From: a virus | Taxonomy: Duplodnaviria > Caudoviricetes | Virus record (IMG/VR): IMGVR_UViG_3300031993_000010 | Location: 64,001-128,000 of that record | Strand: one strand, 5' to 3' | DNA length: 64,000 nucleotides | Part shown: positions 1 through 10,506 of the stretch, piece by piece | Position numbering within the stretch: the stretch's first letter is position 1 | Layout of the letters: each line of letters opens with the position of its first letter | Notes under the pieces: model-generated | Told to the model about the DNA's origin: nothing | Databases searched by the model: none | What the model saw: the letters and a program-made list of their open reading frames with translations, nothing else | Made by a program: the position numbers and the translations under genes

Positions 1-2
1 GT

Positions 3-398
3 TTCGCATCATTCCGTTTCTTCAATTGTGAAAGACAGAAAGAGTTGGTGAAAGTCACCAAGGCAAGCGCGACCACTGAGTATTTCGCAAAGACCACTGA
101 CCTGTGTACAATCTTCGTTAACGAGAAGATTTGGGACAAACTTGAGGACAGACAGCGTGAACTTCTTGTCAAGAACGCCCTGAACGGACTTTATTATGAT
201 GACGAGAAGGGAAAACTCGTTCTTGAACAGCCCAACCTCTCCATTTCTTCGGAGTGTTATATGAAATTCGGTTCCGAACTCGTAGATGCCGCCACAATGG
301 TGACAATGGTCTTGAAGCAAATCAAGGACGATGAAAAGAAACTGAAAGAGGAAAAACAGGCAAAAAAGAAAAGATGGACTCCAGACCAACAGGCATGA
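3..398 (+). CDS. hypothetical protein, 5'-truncated by window edge
   Basis: Open frame from the window start; overlaps the next gene via ATGA. Confidence 0.6.
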   Translation, partial: FASFRFFNCERQKELVKVTKASATTEYFAKTTDLCTIFVNEKIWDKLEDRQRELLVKNALNGLYYDDEKGKLVLEQPNLSISSECYMKFGSELVDAATMVTMVLKQIKDDEKKLKEEKQAKKKRWTPDQQA

Positions 399-592
399 CC
401 GACGAAGAACTCCTGAAGCAATTCATGGAAAACGCCATCGAAATGACGGATAGCGTTTCAGAGGAAGTTGTTGAAAGGGCGAAACAAAGTTGGGCTAAGG
501 CTTGGAAAGATGCTGTTGAATGGCATAAAAAACATCCGAACGAAGGCAATGATGCTATCGTTCAGAATGAAACAGACAGTAGGGCGACTTAA
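395..592 (+). CDS. hypothetical protein
   Basis: ATG at 395 overlaps the upstream stop (ATGA). Confidence 0.6.
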   Translation: MTDEELLKQFMENAIEMTDSVSEEVVERAKQSWAKAWKDAVEWHKKHPNEGNDAIVQNETDSRAT

Positions 593-738
593 CGGGCCGC
601 CCTTCTTATTATACGTCTGATGGTTTTTGTCGCAGGTTTCGAGCCACCGCTTTTGTTCACCGAACCATTGGATGACTTTACGACACGGTTCACTGAACCG
701 CCACCCGCAACTTTCTTTTTGCCACAACTACATCCCAT
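589..738 (-). CDS. small basic protein (MGCSCGKKK...RRAAR, 49 aa)
   Basis: Read manually, below the ORF-track cutoff; preceded by TATTTATA on the - strand. Confidence 0.65.
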   Translation of the reverse strand: MGCSCGKKKVAGGGSVNRVVKSSNGSVNKSGGSKPATKTIRRIIRRAAR

Positions 739-761
739 AATTTTGTCTTTTATTATAAATA

Positions 762-875
762 TTATTCGTTATAGTAAAATTTGGTGACAATATCCTTAGA
801 CACCGTTTTAGACTTACTTTTTTGTATAACCTTTTTTGCAGGTTGCTTTATTTTGTTGGGCTTACAGGAACACAT
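762..875 (-). CDS. small basic protein (MCSCKPNK..., 37 aa)
   Basis: Read manually; preceded by TATTTAT on the - strand. Confidence 0.55.
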   Translation of the reverse strand: MCSCKPNKIKQPAKKVIQKSKSKTVSKDIVTKFYYNE

Positions 876-909
876 TGTTTTTATTAATAAATATCTTAAC
901 ATTTTTTAA

Positions 910-957
910 TAAAAAAGATTTGGACATACAAAAACTTTATTTTACTTTTGCAAACGT
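910..957 (+). promoter_or_regulatory. Bacteroidota-type promoter, class A
   Basis: AAAAAAGATTTG ... TACTTTTG CAAACGT. Confidence 0.7.
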
Positions 958-981
958 TATTCAAAATAAGCATTGATTACC

Positions 982-1584
982 ATGAAAGAAAATTTAAGGT
1001 TCCTTGTGGATGTGGACGATGTCCTGAGAGGCCTATGCCAAACCATGCTTAATGTCTACAACAAGGAGTTCGATGACAACAAGAAGGATGAGGACGTGAA
1101 GGTGTACTTCGTCAATGTCTCATATCCAAAGGTGGTTGAAAGATACGGCGACGCCACGAAGTGGTTTTTCCAGACACATGGACATGAACTCTTCTATGGC
1201 AGTGATGCTCTGAAGGGTGCGGCTGAAGCGATTAAGATATTGCGTGAGTATGGAACGGTACAGATAGTCACCAAACAGAGAAGCATTGAGAATAAGATAG
1301 ACACCCTTAAATGGTTCGACAAGGTTGGAATTGAATATGACAGCATTTCGTTTGTCAAGGACAAATCGGTTGTTTGCTGTGACTTCTTCATTGACGATTA
1401 CCATGAAAACTTCATCAACTGCGGCGGAGACGGTGCCGTTGGCATCATTATCAACCGCCCGTATAATGAGAATGTGGACTTGGAGGAATTGAGGGCAAAA
1501 ACCAATTTTTCCAAGATAATAAGATATGACAGTATCTTGGATTTTGCGAACGATTTGAAAAACGGTAACTTTAAAATAAACTAA
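982..1584 (+). CDS. 5'(3')-deoxyribonucleotidase, HAD family
   Basis: DVDDVL motif I, FIDD motif IV, PYN. Confidence 0.8.
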   Translation: MKENLRFLVDVDDVLRGLCQTMLNVYNKEFDDNKKDEDVKVYFVNVSYPKVVERYGDATKWFFQTHGHELFYGSDALKGAAEAIKILREYGTVQIVTKQRSIENKIDTLKWFDKVGIEYDSISFVKDKSVVCCDFFIDDYHENFINCGGDGAVGIIINRPYNENVDLEELRAKTNFSKIIRYDSILDFANDLKNGNFKIN

Positions 1585-1595
1585 AAATATTACAT

Positions 1596-3734
1596 ATGAA
1601 CGAATTGATTAATGAAACCGAAGAAATTAAACAAAAAAAACTGTTACTAAAAAACGCTGAACAAATCCTTAAACAGGAATTTGTCGGTATTGACAACGTG
1701 ATAGAGGGAACCCTCCTTAACATGCGCCCCTGGTTTCTATATCCTGAGTTACAGGACAAACCGCTTGTCATTTCGCTTTTTGGTATGACAGGTTCGGGAA
1801 AAACATCACTTGTCAGGCGCATTCTCCAATTGCTCGATATTGAGACCGATATGGTCTATTTCAACTTTGCCGAAATTGGTGAAATGAAATCGTGGGAGAT
1901 TGAGGATACCCTTGATGAACAGATTTCAAGTGAGAAAACCAACAGGGTTTTTGTCTACGACGAATTTCAATATGCTGCAACCCTCGACTCCCACGGTGAG
2001 GAGAAGGACAACAAGAGTGGCTTGAAACCGTTTTGGGAACTTCTCGACACGGGTATCATACACAAAAGGACATCACGCTTTGATATACAGGTTGTCAAAC
2101 GCATGATAGACTATATGACAAGAATTGACAGGCGCCACCCAATTGAATTGAAGAATGGTGTTTGGCAGAATGCTATAGATTGTCTGAATGGAGTGTCTTT
2201 GTATGACATGGGTCGTTTTCAAACATATTTTGAACTCAACCTTCCGCAAGACATAAAAGATGAAATGAATGGTCATCGGAACGGTGAAGGGGAATTCCCA
2301 TGCATAGACGATTATAACGAATCATCCGCAAAACCCACCAAGTGTAATGTGGTTGACGATGGACCGTTCTTCATCAGGGACAGTTACATGAACCGTATCC
2401 ATGAACTGTACGAGAGAATCAAACCCGGTATTGACAGAATTGACCTCCACAACGAGATGACGAAAATGAATTTCCCTGAGTTGTGTTCCTTCCTGCAGGG
2501 TATAATCAAGGAATCCGAAAAGGGGTATGACATGAACTTCAACGATTCAATCGTCTTTGTTCTTGCAAACATAGACGAAGCCTATCAGATAAGTTTCAAC
2601 GTGAACCCCGATATGCTTCCCGACCAATTCCACAAGATAACCGAAAAACTCACGATTGTCGATATCAAGGAGGCATTGAGACACAGGTTCAGAAATGAAC
2701 AGATTGCACGTCTCGGAAACCTGTTCATGATTTATCCATCCTTTTCGGAGGAATCCTTCAGAAAAATCATCGACCTGCAACTCAACAAGTACAGAAACGA
2801 TGTCCTTGAGAAGTGGGGTTTGAACATTGAGTTCGACCAAACAATAAAAGACTTTATATATACCGACTCTGTCTTTCCGACACACGGCACACGCCCAATT
2901 ATATCGGCAGTCCATGAAATCGTGAAGACAAAGTTGCCTTTAATTGTCGACAACCTCAATGAGAACGATATACACTGTGCTGAAAAGATTGTGTATTCAT
3001 ATGAAGACAATTCGGTGGTGATAAAGACATACTGTGGCGGTGAAGAGGTTAACTCGTTTCCAACAAAGACCATTTCCCGTTTGAACAGTCACAGGGGGCT
3101 GAAAGGTAAGAACGAGCAGACCTTGATTGCGACGCACGAAAGCGGGCATTTTATAATGTATGTCAAACTTTTCGGCAGGTTGCCTGAAAAAGTGTGTTCA
3201 TCCACCGTATCGAAAGACGCTGCAGGCTTTATGTTGGAGGATAGCGATGAAAGCGACAAACTCCACACCAAGGAAGACCTTCTTAACGTGATAAAGGTTT
3301 GTTTGGGTGGTTATGTAGCCGAAGGACTTGTATTCGGTGAGAACAAACGCTCGTCGGGTGCGTCACAAGACTTGAAGTCGGCTACAATAACAGCGTCGGA
3401 TATTGTAAGGAAATTCGGAATGACGGATTACGCCTTTGTTTCAACATATCTTGTCACAAGCGAAGCTACATCAGCGGGGTCTTATGTTCGTGAAGACAGT
3501 CAAATCCATTATAATGAGCTTATAAAGAACATTATCAAAGACTGTTTGGATGACGTGAAACACACCCTCATGGATGAGGATTGGAAAAAGATGTTCAAGG
3601 GTTCAGCAAAATATCTGTCAGAGAACGTCAATATGCCAAAGGAAAAGATGGCTGAACTCTACGACTTGGTACCTGATGAAAAGAAAGTTGTATACAATGA
3701 GAACTACTATAGCGAAAAACTTGAGTCATTCTGA
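1596..3734 (+). CDS. AAA+ ATPase fused to M41 (FtsH-like) peptidase domain
   Basis: GMTGSGKT Walker A, FVYDE Walker B, HESGH zinc motif, LGGYVAE..SSGASQDL. Confidence 0.75.
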   Translation: MNELINETEEIKQKKLLLKNAEQILKQEFVGIDNVIEGTLLNMRPWFLYPELQDKPLVISLFGMTGSGKTSLVRRILQLLDIETDMVYFNFAEIGEMKSWEIEDTLDEQISSEKTNRVFVYDEFQYAATLDSHGEEKDNKSGLKPFWELLDTGIIHKRTSRFDIQVVKRMIDYMTRIDRRHPIELKNGVWQNAIDCLNGVSLYDMGRFQTYFELNLPQDIKDEMNGHRNGEGEFPCIDDYNESSAKPTKCNVVDDGPFFIRDSYMNRIHELYERIKPGIDRIDLHNEMTKMNFPELCSFLQGIIKESEKGYDMNFNDSIVFVLANIDEAYQISFNVNPDMLPDQFHKITEKLTIVDIKEALRHRFRNEQIARLGNLFMIYPSFSEESFRKIIDLQLNKYRNDVLEKWGLNIEFDQTIKDFIYTDSVFPTHGTRPIISAVHEIVKTKLPLIVDNLNENDIHCAEKIVYSYEDNSVVIKTYCGGEEVNSFPTKTISRLNSHRGLKGKNEQTLIATHESGHFIMYVKLFGRLPEKVCSSTVSKDAAGFMLEDSDESDKLHTKEDLLNVIKVCLGGYVAEGLVFGENKRSSGASQDLKSATITASDIVRKFGMTDYAFVSTYLVTSEATSAGSYVREDSQIHYNELIKNIIKDCLDDVKHTLMDEDWKKMFKGSAKYLSENVNMPKEKMAELYDLVPDEKKVVYNENYYSEKLESF

Positions 3735-3841
3735 CACAGGAAAGGTGTCATACTGACAAAATGTCATGAAAAAAATGACATGGTATGAAAGTTGCAATAC
3801 TAATGATGTAAAAATAATGTAAAATTAAAAACAAATAAGTT

Positions 3842-5764
3842 ATGAGCAAAAAAGCAATTGGAATTGACCTTGGGAGCACTGCGTCAGAAGTCGCTGTGTT
3901 TGAACACACTAAACCCGTTGTAATCTTCAATGAAGAGGGGTCGAACATGACACCGTCAGTTGTATCATTCAAGGACGGTGAAAGAAAAGTTGGTGCAACC
4001 GCCAAACGACAGATGATTGTTTACCCGAAGGAGACCGTCAACCTTATCAAACGTTTTATGGGTGCGACATATGCCGAATCGAAAGAGGCTATTAGTCATG
4101 TACTCTATGACGTTGTTGACAAAGATGGACAGCCCCGTGTTAAAATTGGTGACAAACTTTATTCACCTGAAGAAATCTCCGCCATCATTTTGGGCGCGCT
4201 CAAAAAGAACGCCGAGTCATATCTTGGTGAGGAGGTGACGGATGCGGTTATAACCGTACCTGCATTCTTCTCGGACAACGCAAGGGCGGCAACCAAGAAA
4301 GCGGGTGAGATGGCAGGTCTTAATGTTCTCCGTGTGATTGCCGAGCCGACCGCAGCCATACTTTCCTCAAACATTGACATGAAGAAAGGCGGAAAATATA
4401 TGGTTACTGACTTTGGTGGTTCAACTCTTGACAATTCCGTTGCGGATATTTGTGACGGTGTGGTTGAAATACTTGCCACTAACGGAGATGTTTATCTTGG
4501 TGGTTCCGATATAGACAAAGAGGTGGCAAAATGGATTGTCGACGAATACCGCAAGCAAAGCAGTATAGACCTCAATGGTGACTCACAGGCAATGTCACGT
4601 GTTATTGAGGCTGCCGAAAAGGCCAAGATAGAACTCAGTTCTTCCGCCACGGCTGAAATAAGCATCCCTTATATTACAGTGAAGGGCAACGTTCCCCAAC
4701 ACCTTACGATGCAGTTGACAAAGAGTAACTTTGAACGTCTTATCACACCCATTGTCGACAAACTCATCAATTGTGCAAAGAAAGCGGTTGAGAGTGCAGC
4801 CATTAAAAGTTCCGACCTCGACGGTATTCTGCTTGTTGGCGGTTCGTGCCGTATCCCACTCGTTCAGGAACGTCTGACCAAGGAGTTCGGTGTTCAACTG
4901 ATTAAGTCGAGCAACCTTGACCTCGCTGTTGCTGAAGGCGCTGCAATTCAAGCCAACACCCTTATTGGCGGTGAAGGGGCAAACGAAATACTTCTGCTCG
5001 ATGTTACTCCTATGAACTACAGTATTGAAACCGAAGGTGGTGTTGCGACAACACTTATCGAGTCCAATACCACAATACCATGCAAGAAGTCACAGATATT
5101 CAGCACTGCTGTAGACAATCAGCCCGCTGTTACAATCCACGTCTTGAATGGCTTGCGCCCAATGGCAAAGGATAACAAGACCGTCGGAATGTTCACATTG
5201 GACGGTATCATGCCCGCCCGTCGTGGAGTGCCGCAGATTGAGGTGACATTCGACATTGATGCCAACAGTATCCTGACCGTTACAGCGAAAGACCTTGGAA
5301 CCAACAAGGAACAGCATATCACGATAGAGAACAAGGGTAAACTCTCCGACGAGGAAGTGGAGAGATACAAAGCCGAGGCAAAAGCCTATGAAGAGGAGGA
5401 CAAAAAGAAGAAAGAGGCTGCTGAGAGGGCAAACAAGGCAGAATCCCTTGCATATCAGACAGAACAGCAACTCGACAACTTCAAGGACAACGAGAAGTTC
5501 ACCCAAGAAGACAAAGACTTCTTCAACGGTAAGGTTGAGGAGTTGAAGAAGATGAAGGAGGATGGAAACTATGACCGTCTTGACGACATTGAGAAGGAAA
5601 TGCAGACACGTTGGTTTGAGATAAGTTCCAAGTTGTATGGGAAACAGGAGAACGGAGGTGCAGGGGTTGACCCGAACATGTTTAAGGACATGTTTAATGG
5701 GGGGGCGCCGAATGGAACTGCCCAACCAACCGAGGAAGACCTGGATAATCAGGAAGTGAGTTAA
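3842..5764 (+). CDS. dnaK: Hsp70 chaperone DnaK
   Basis: GIDLGST, TVPAFF, EPTAA, LLDVTP, QIEVTFDIDAN. Confidence 0.97.
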   Translation: MSKKAIGIDLGSTASEVAVFEHTKPVVIFNEEGSNMTPSVVSFKDGERKVGATAKRQMIVYPKETVNLIKRFMGATYAESKEAISHVLYDVVDKDGQPRVKIGDKLYSPEEISAIILGALKKNAESYLGEEVTDAVITVPAFFSDNARAATKKAGEMAGLNVLRVIAEPTAAILSSNIDMKKGGKYMVTDFGGSTLDNSVADICDGVVEILATNGDVYLGGSDIDKEVAKWIVDEYRKQSSIDLNGDSQAMSRVIEAAEKAKIELSSSATAEISIPYITVKGNVPQHLTMQLTKSNFERLITPIVDKLINCAKKAVESAAIKSSDLDGILLVGGSCRIPLVQERLTKEFGVQLIKSSNLDLAVAEGAAIQANTLIGGEGANEILLLDVTPMNYSIETEGGVATTLIESNTTIPCKKSQIFSTAVDNQPAVTIHVLNGLRPMAKDNKTVGMFTLDGIMPARRGVPQIEVTFDIDANSILTVTAKDLGTNKEQHITIENKGKLSDEEVERYKAEAKAYEEEDKKKKEAAERANKAESLAYQTEQQLDNFKDNEKFTQEDKDFFNGKVEELKKMKEDGNYDRLDDIEKEMQTRWFEISSKLYGKQENGGAGVDPNMFKDMFNGGAPNGTAQPTEEDLDNQEVS

Positions 5765-5783
5765 TCTTTCAAGATAAGAGACT

Positions 5784-5828
5784 GATGACAGCCGAGTTCA
5801 AATATTCGGCTGTCATTAAGTTTTTTTA
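5784..5828 (+). terminator. hairpin/terminator after dnaK
   Basis: ATGACAGCCGA...TCGGCTGTCAT followed by a T-run. Confidence 0.55.
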
Positions 5829-5830
5829 AG

Positions 5831-5879
5831 AAAAGAAATTTTGGCGAAACAAAAAAGGTTCTTACCTTTGCAAACGTAA
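5831..5879 (+). promoter_or_regulatory. class A promoter
   Basis: TTTTGG ... TACCTTTG CAAACGTAA. Confidence 0.7.
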
Positions 5880-5907
5880 TCAAACGTAAAATTGAAAAGT
5901 ATAGAAT

Positions 5908-7035
5908 ATGCCTAACAAAGACTACTATCAAATTTTGGGGTTAACCGAGGAAGACAAAAAACTTCAGGGTGACGAGTTTGCGAAAAAATTGAAGACAAAC
6001 TATAGAAATTTATGTAAGCAATTTCATCCTGATAAATTTGCCAATGCAAGCGAAGAAGAGAGAAAGAAAGCCGAGGAGAAGTTCAAGGAAATTTCGGAGG
6101 CTTACGATGTACTCTCCAACCCTGAGAAGAAAGCAAGATATGAACAGACGGGTTCTTACGACGGGTTCTCGTTTGAGGGATTCGGTAATACAGGTATGGC
6201 TGACATAGACGAGATGTTGAACCGTTTCCGTCACGGTTTTAATCCTTTTGGAGGTGGCTTCAGTGGTTTTGGTGGAGGTTTTCAAAGAACTGTACAGAAA
6301 CCTAACCCCATGAAGATAAAACTCTCCATTACAGTGGAGGAGGCGTACAGCAAAGCCACGAAACGTGTAAGATACAAACGTTTCAAACCCTGCAGTTCCT
6401 GTGAGGGTAAGGGTTATGGCGAGAACGGCAAGACCGAGGTTTGCCCTGTGTGTGGCGGCACGGGTAATGAGATTAAGACAAGTACCAACGGGTGGATGAC
6501 ACGGCAGAAGATAAGCCCCTGTCATAACTGCCACGGCAGCGGTCAGATATTGTCCAATCCGTGCCACAAGTGTAATGGAAGCGGTCGTGTGGTTGATATG
6601 GAGGAGTTATCCATTGACATACCCGACGGTGCAAATAACGGCACATATATTGTAGTGGAGGGCAAGGGTCATTGTGCGGAGAGAAATCCTTCAGTATACG
6701 GTGATTTGCTCGTGTTTTTCGAAATCAACGGTAATGGCAAGTATGAGATAACCGAAAACGGTGGTTTGGTGGTGAAGACCAAGATTCCGATTTTGGACTG
6801 TATAACAGGTTGTGACACAGACATAACTTTACCTAACAATGAGAATGTTAAAGTTAAGATACCAATGGGGTCACAGACAGGAGACTATGTTGAGGTGAGG
6901 GGCAAGGGAATGCCGATACCGAACGGACGTGGCACCTTGTATGTTGTGGTTGAACAGACGTTTCCAAAATCACTGTCCTCTACAGAGGAAAAGACAATAA
7001 AGGAACTTAAAAACAGTAAAAACTTTAAAAAATAA
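5908..7035 (+). CDS. dnaJ: chaperone DnaJ
   Basis: HPD J-domain, G/F-rich linker, four CxxCxGxG repeats. Confidence 0.96.
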   Translation: MPNKDYYQILGLTEEDKKLQGDEFAKKLKTNYRNLCKQFHPDKFANASEEERKKAEEKFKEISEAYDVLSNPEKKARYEQTGSYDGFSFEGFGNTGMADIDEMLNRFRHGFNPFGGGFSGFGGGFQRTVQKPNPMKIKLSITVEEAYSKATKRVRYKRFKPCSSCEGKGYGENGKTEVCPVCGGTGNEIKTSTNGWMTRQKISPCHNCHGSGQILSNPCHKCNGSGRVVDMEELSIDIPDGANNGTYIVVEGKGHCAERNPSVYGDLLVFFEINGNGKYEITENGGLVVKTKIPILDCITGCDTDITLPNNENVKVKIPMGSQTGDYVEVRGKGMPIPNGRGTLYVVVEQTFPKSLSSTEEKTIKELKNSKNFKK

Positions 7036-7039
7036 GGAA

Positions 7040-7519
7040 ATGAGTCACAGTGCAGGTTTAATACCGTTCAGGGTAGTTAACGGTAACTACGAATTTTTTG
7101 TCGGACATCCCGGTGGACCGTGTTGGGAAGGTGTTGACTATTGGGCGTTACTGAAAGGTCGCATTGAAAAAGGCGAGGACATCAAGGACACCGCTGTCCG
7201 TGAGTTCATGGAAGAATCGGGTGCCAAGTTGGATTATGCCAAAATCAAGCAGAACATGCGTTTTGTCGACACTGTCAGACAGCGTTCGGGAAAGTTGGTT
7301 ACCGCCTACGCCTTCAAAATGGAACCAACCGACGACGAGTCAATCAATCCATCGAAATGTTTCTCAAACATGGTGTACCAATGCGATTGGCCTGAGGTTG
7401 ACGAATACAGATGGATTGTGCTTGATGAAATCGTGAAATGTACCAACAAGGCAAATATACCGTTCTACAACAAGATAGTCGAGATGGATAAGAACGGTGA
7501 ATTCGGTGGAGAAGCATGA
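7040..7519 (+). CDS. NUDIX hydrolase
   Basis: KGRIEKGE...AVREFMEESG Nudix box; HPGGP. Confidence 0.85.
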   Translation: MSHSAGLIPFRVVNGNYEFFVGHPGGPCWEGVDYWALLKGRIEKGEDIKDTAVREFMEESGAKLDYAKIKQNMRFVDTVRQRSGKLVTAYAFKMEPTDDESINPSKCFSNMVYQCDWPEVDEYRWIVLDEIVKCTNKANIPFYNKIVEMDKNGEFGGEA

Positions 7520-8016
7520 AGGTTATTAAAGGTATAGACGCAATATCTGAAACTGACAAATACGATGTAGTGTTGGTTGGCACGTCAATCTACGGCATGC
7601 TCACCAACGGGTTTCAGAGGGAGATAAGGATGAAATACCCCTATGTCCATGACGAGAACATAAAACAGCCGTATGCCGACCTCAGGCGTTTGGGCACAAG
7701 GCTGACCTTGAGGAAGGAAGGCAATCCGACAATATCACTTCTCTACGTGTGCAAGTATCCGATGTCCACCATGGAATATCTTGACAGGGACGCCTTGAAG
7801 CATGCGCTCCTTACAGCCGATGCCGAGTTTGCGGGAAAGAGAGTCATGACAACGGTGATAGGTACAAGCAAATATGACGGCAACTGCGACAAGGAGGAAA
7901 TGTTAAGGATAATTGACGAGAATGTTGAAAAGATGGATTTGTATGTTTATGACTATGAACAGAAACAATATACATTGAAAAGAAAAAAAGTTGAAAAAAC
8001 ACAAGTGAAAGATTAA
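7516..8016 (+). CDS. macro-domain-like protein (degenerate)
   Basis: IKGIDAI start, GMLTNGF, IG motif in macro-like positions. Confidence 0.4.
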   Translation: MKVIKGIDAISETDKYDVVLVGTSIYGMLTNGFQREIRMKYPYVHDENIKQPYADLRRLGTRLTLRKEGNPTISLLYVCKYPMSTMEYLDRDALKHALLTADAEFAGKRVMTTVIGTSKYDGNCDKEEMLRIIDENVEKMDLYVYDYEQKQYTLKRKKVEKTQVKD

Positions 8017-8027
8017 TTTAATATTAA

Positions 8028-8570
8028 ATGGCAAAAAACAAGAACAAGAACAACGGAATCAAAGAACCTCGTGTAAACGATGAATTGAAAGGCGACTATT
8101 CAGTACGTCTGATATACACGAATGAAAATGGAGAAAATGTCAATGAGATTTGCCCTCTATGGAAGGCAAAAAACAAGGCACGGGCACTTGAATTGGATTT
8201 GATTGAAATATCGCCTACCGCACAACCACCCGTGCTGAAAATCGGTGACTACTCAAAACACCTTTATGAGTTGAAGAAACAAGCGAAGGCAAAGAAACAG
8301 AACAGGACTGAGTTGAAGGAGATACCGCTTTCGGTGAACATATCAACCCACGACCTTGAGATAAAGGCTAAGAAGGCCAGGGAGTTCATAGAAAAAGGTG
8401 ATAAGGTGAAAGTTACCTTGATGATGAAACGACGTGAAATGGAAAGACGTGAAATGTCAAAGAAACCGTTGTTGGAGTTTATAGTGATGCTGAACGACGT
8501 TGCCGTTCCCGAATCAATGCCAAAGGATGAAGGAAACAAATCCATAGTAATACTTAAAAGAAAGTCATGA
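8028..8570 (+). CDS. infC: translation initiation factor IF-3
   Basis: LDLIEISPTAQPPVLKIGDYSKHLYE; HDLEIK..AREF..KGDKVKV. Confidence 0.93.
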   Translation: MAKNKNKNNGIKEPRVNDELKGDYSVRLIYTNENGENVNEICPLWKAKNKARALELDLIEISPTAQPPVLKIGDYSKHLYELKKQAKAKKQNRTELKEIPLSVNISTHDLEIKAKKAREFIEKGDKVKVTLMMKRREMERREMSKKPLLEFIVMLNDVAVPESMPKDEGNKSIVILKRKS

Positions 8571-9463
8571 AGAATAAGTTTTACACCGACTGCAATTCTA
8601 CCAAGTCCCTTTACCTGACTGACGACGAATTCGCCACACAATATTTTGAAGGGGTCAGAAGGACAAGGGTTTTATCCCCAAAGGAACAAAGGGATTTAAT
8701 CTACATTTCACGTCACGCTTGCAAGGAAGAGGCTGACAGGGCTAAAAGCATCCTTATTGAGTCAAACCAACGCTTTGTCGCCTCGATAGCCAAGCATGTT
8801 GGCAGGAAGGAGAATTTCACCGACCTTGTAAGTGAGGGCAACATAGGGTTGCTGAAGGCGATTGAGAACTACAACCTGTCTTTCAATCAGACTTTCATCA
8901 CATATGCCCAATTTTGGATTAGAAAATACATGATGGACTATATGGTGTCTGTTGAACCCACCATAAAACCGAAAAACGCAAACAAGGTCAACGCATATGT
9001 GGACAAGGCGGTAAACGAGTTTTTCCTCAAGAACGGAAGAAACCCGTCACCCGAGGAACTGCAGGATTTCCTGAAAGAGAAGGGTATTGTCTTTTCCAAG
9101 ACCGACGACCTGCGACAGATAACGGTGTCCTTCATTGACGAGTTTGACAATGACGACGATGAGAAATACAACGCAGGGCTGTCTTCCAACTACAACATGC
9201 AGACAAGCACGAATAACGTGGAGGAGATGATAGAGACAAGCCATATACAGGATTGGGTGAAAAGTATTTTCAGCATACTTGATGATGATGAGATTAGAAT
9301 CCTGAAACTGCTGTACGGATTCAATGGTGAGACGGAGAGTGTGGAACGTGTGGCGTTTCTGACAGGTAAAAAAGAGAAGGAAATCAAAAAGATAAAAGAT
9401 AACGCAATAAAGAAAATAAAGAAAAAATTATTAAAAGATGGCAAGGACGAAACTTACTTTTAA
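8567..9463 (+). CDS. sigma-70 family RNA polymerase sigma factor
   Basis: Region 2: NQRFVASIAK, DLVSEGNIGLLKAIENY, FITYAQFWIR. Confidence 0.88.
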   Translation: MKNKFYTDCNSTKSLYLTDDEFATQYFEGVRRTRVLSPKEQRDLIYISRHACKEEADRAKSILIESNQRFVASIAKHVGRKENFTDLVSEGNIGLLKAIENYNLSFNQTFITYAQFWIRKYMMDYMVSVEPTIKPKNANKVNAYVDKAVNEFFLKNGRNPSPEELQDFLKEKGIVFSKTDDLRQITVSFIDEFDNDDDEKYNAGLSSNYNMQTSTNNVEEMIETSHIQDWVKSIFSILDDDEIRILKLLYGFNGETESVERVAFLTGKKEKEIKKIKDNAIKKIKKKLLKDGKDETYF

Positions 9464-9959
9464 TGAAGACCATATCAAACTGATAAAGGCTCTTCGCTTT
9501 GGTAAAATAGACCCCTCTTTCTTTGTGGAGGCAATGGACTATGGCACTGAGGTCACTAAAATAACCGATAACAAATACAAAGTCGGACATCTGCTCAAGT
9601 CGGCAAACGGCGAGTTTGTCAAAATCGACTCGTCAATAAAGATAAGTCTACCCCAGGAGGGTAACGACAATCTATATGGTATAGATACCCTCAACCTATG
9701 GGGTGGAACCTATCTCTATGAGGATATGGCACTGATACTTGGCAAGATGGACAAAATCATTGAGGGTACTGAGGAAGACCCGACAGGTGCAAAATTCGAT
9801 GATGAGACAATGGATTATTTCAATGACCTTGTCACCTTTATCATCGAGAACCTTGTAAATATTGAAAGCATACTCCATCAGTTCTGCACGGAGGGTATAA
9901 AGGCGGGCGTCACCTATGTCTGCAAGCCTAACGAGAATATTTGGTGGAAGGAGGAATAG
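9438..9959 (+). CDS. hypothetical protein
   Basis: 173 aa ORF in operon. Confidence 0.7.
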   Translation: MARTKLTFNEDHIKLIKALRFGKIDPSFFVEAMDYGTEVTKITDNKYKVGHLLKSANGEFVKIDSSIKISLPQEGNDNLYGIDTLNLWGGTYLYEDMALILGKMDKIIEGTEEDPTGAKFDDETMDYFNDLVTFIIENLVNIESILHQFCTEGIKAGVTYVCKPNENIWWKEE

Positions 9960-9978
9960 TTGTTGTTATGATTATAAA

Positions 9979-10012
9979 GAAAAAAGGACTGTATTGGTTT
10001 ACAGTCCTTTTT
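9979..10012. terminator. bidirectional terminator between convergent genes
   Basis: AAAAAAGGACTGTA...TACAGTCCTTTTT. Confidence 0.75.
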
Positions 10013-10034
10013 GTGTATATGGAACGTTCAAAAA

Positions 10035-10418
10035 TCAACCCAAGCCTTGGTTTTGTAAATAAGAAATACCTATAGTTGCTTGTTTTGTGGACATATCATC
10101 TTCTCCATCCAACATATCGTTAAAGATATGTCTTGCAGAATCGTGAGCCACACCGGGAAGCACATGGTATGCAACAGCGGCTTTATTCACGGCGGGATTA
10201 TCACACATATCAGACAATTGGGCACGTGCCGCATCAGCCTTTTCTTTTTCACCCTTACTTTCGCCTTTGTCTTTCTCATCATCGTCTTTTTCAAAAAGGG
10301 ACTCATTGAGTTCACCGTTTCTCCACATTCTGTGAAGTTCCTCGGAAACGATATTTCTTACAGCGTTTCTCATCATTTCCTCTTGTACACATTCTTTTAT
10401 GTATTGCTTAACGTTCAT
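10035..10418 (-). CDS. hypothetical protein, putative late/virion-internal
   Basis: IKE..V.E..LNE-type N-terminus; TATTTAT upstream. Confidence 0.6.
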   Translation of the reverse strand: MNVKQYIKECVQEEMMRNAVRNIVSEELHRMWRNGELNESLFEKDDDEKDKGESKGEKEKADAARAQLSDMCDNPAVNKAAVAYHVLPGVAHDSARHIFNDMLDGEDDMSTKQATIGISYLQNQGLG

Positions 10419-10506
10419 GTTATTATCTGTTTTATATTAAATAAATATCTACAAGTTGAGAAAAAATAGTATATTTGCGTTATCAATAATCAATTGTTGT
10501 TAAATT

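Noticed and set aside
4159-6567. Long minus-strand ORFs opposite dnaK and dnaJ
   Set aside because: Antisense shadows of conserved genes
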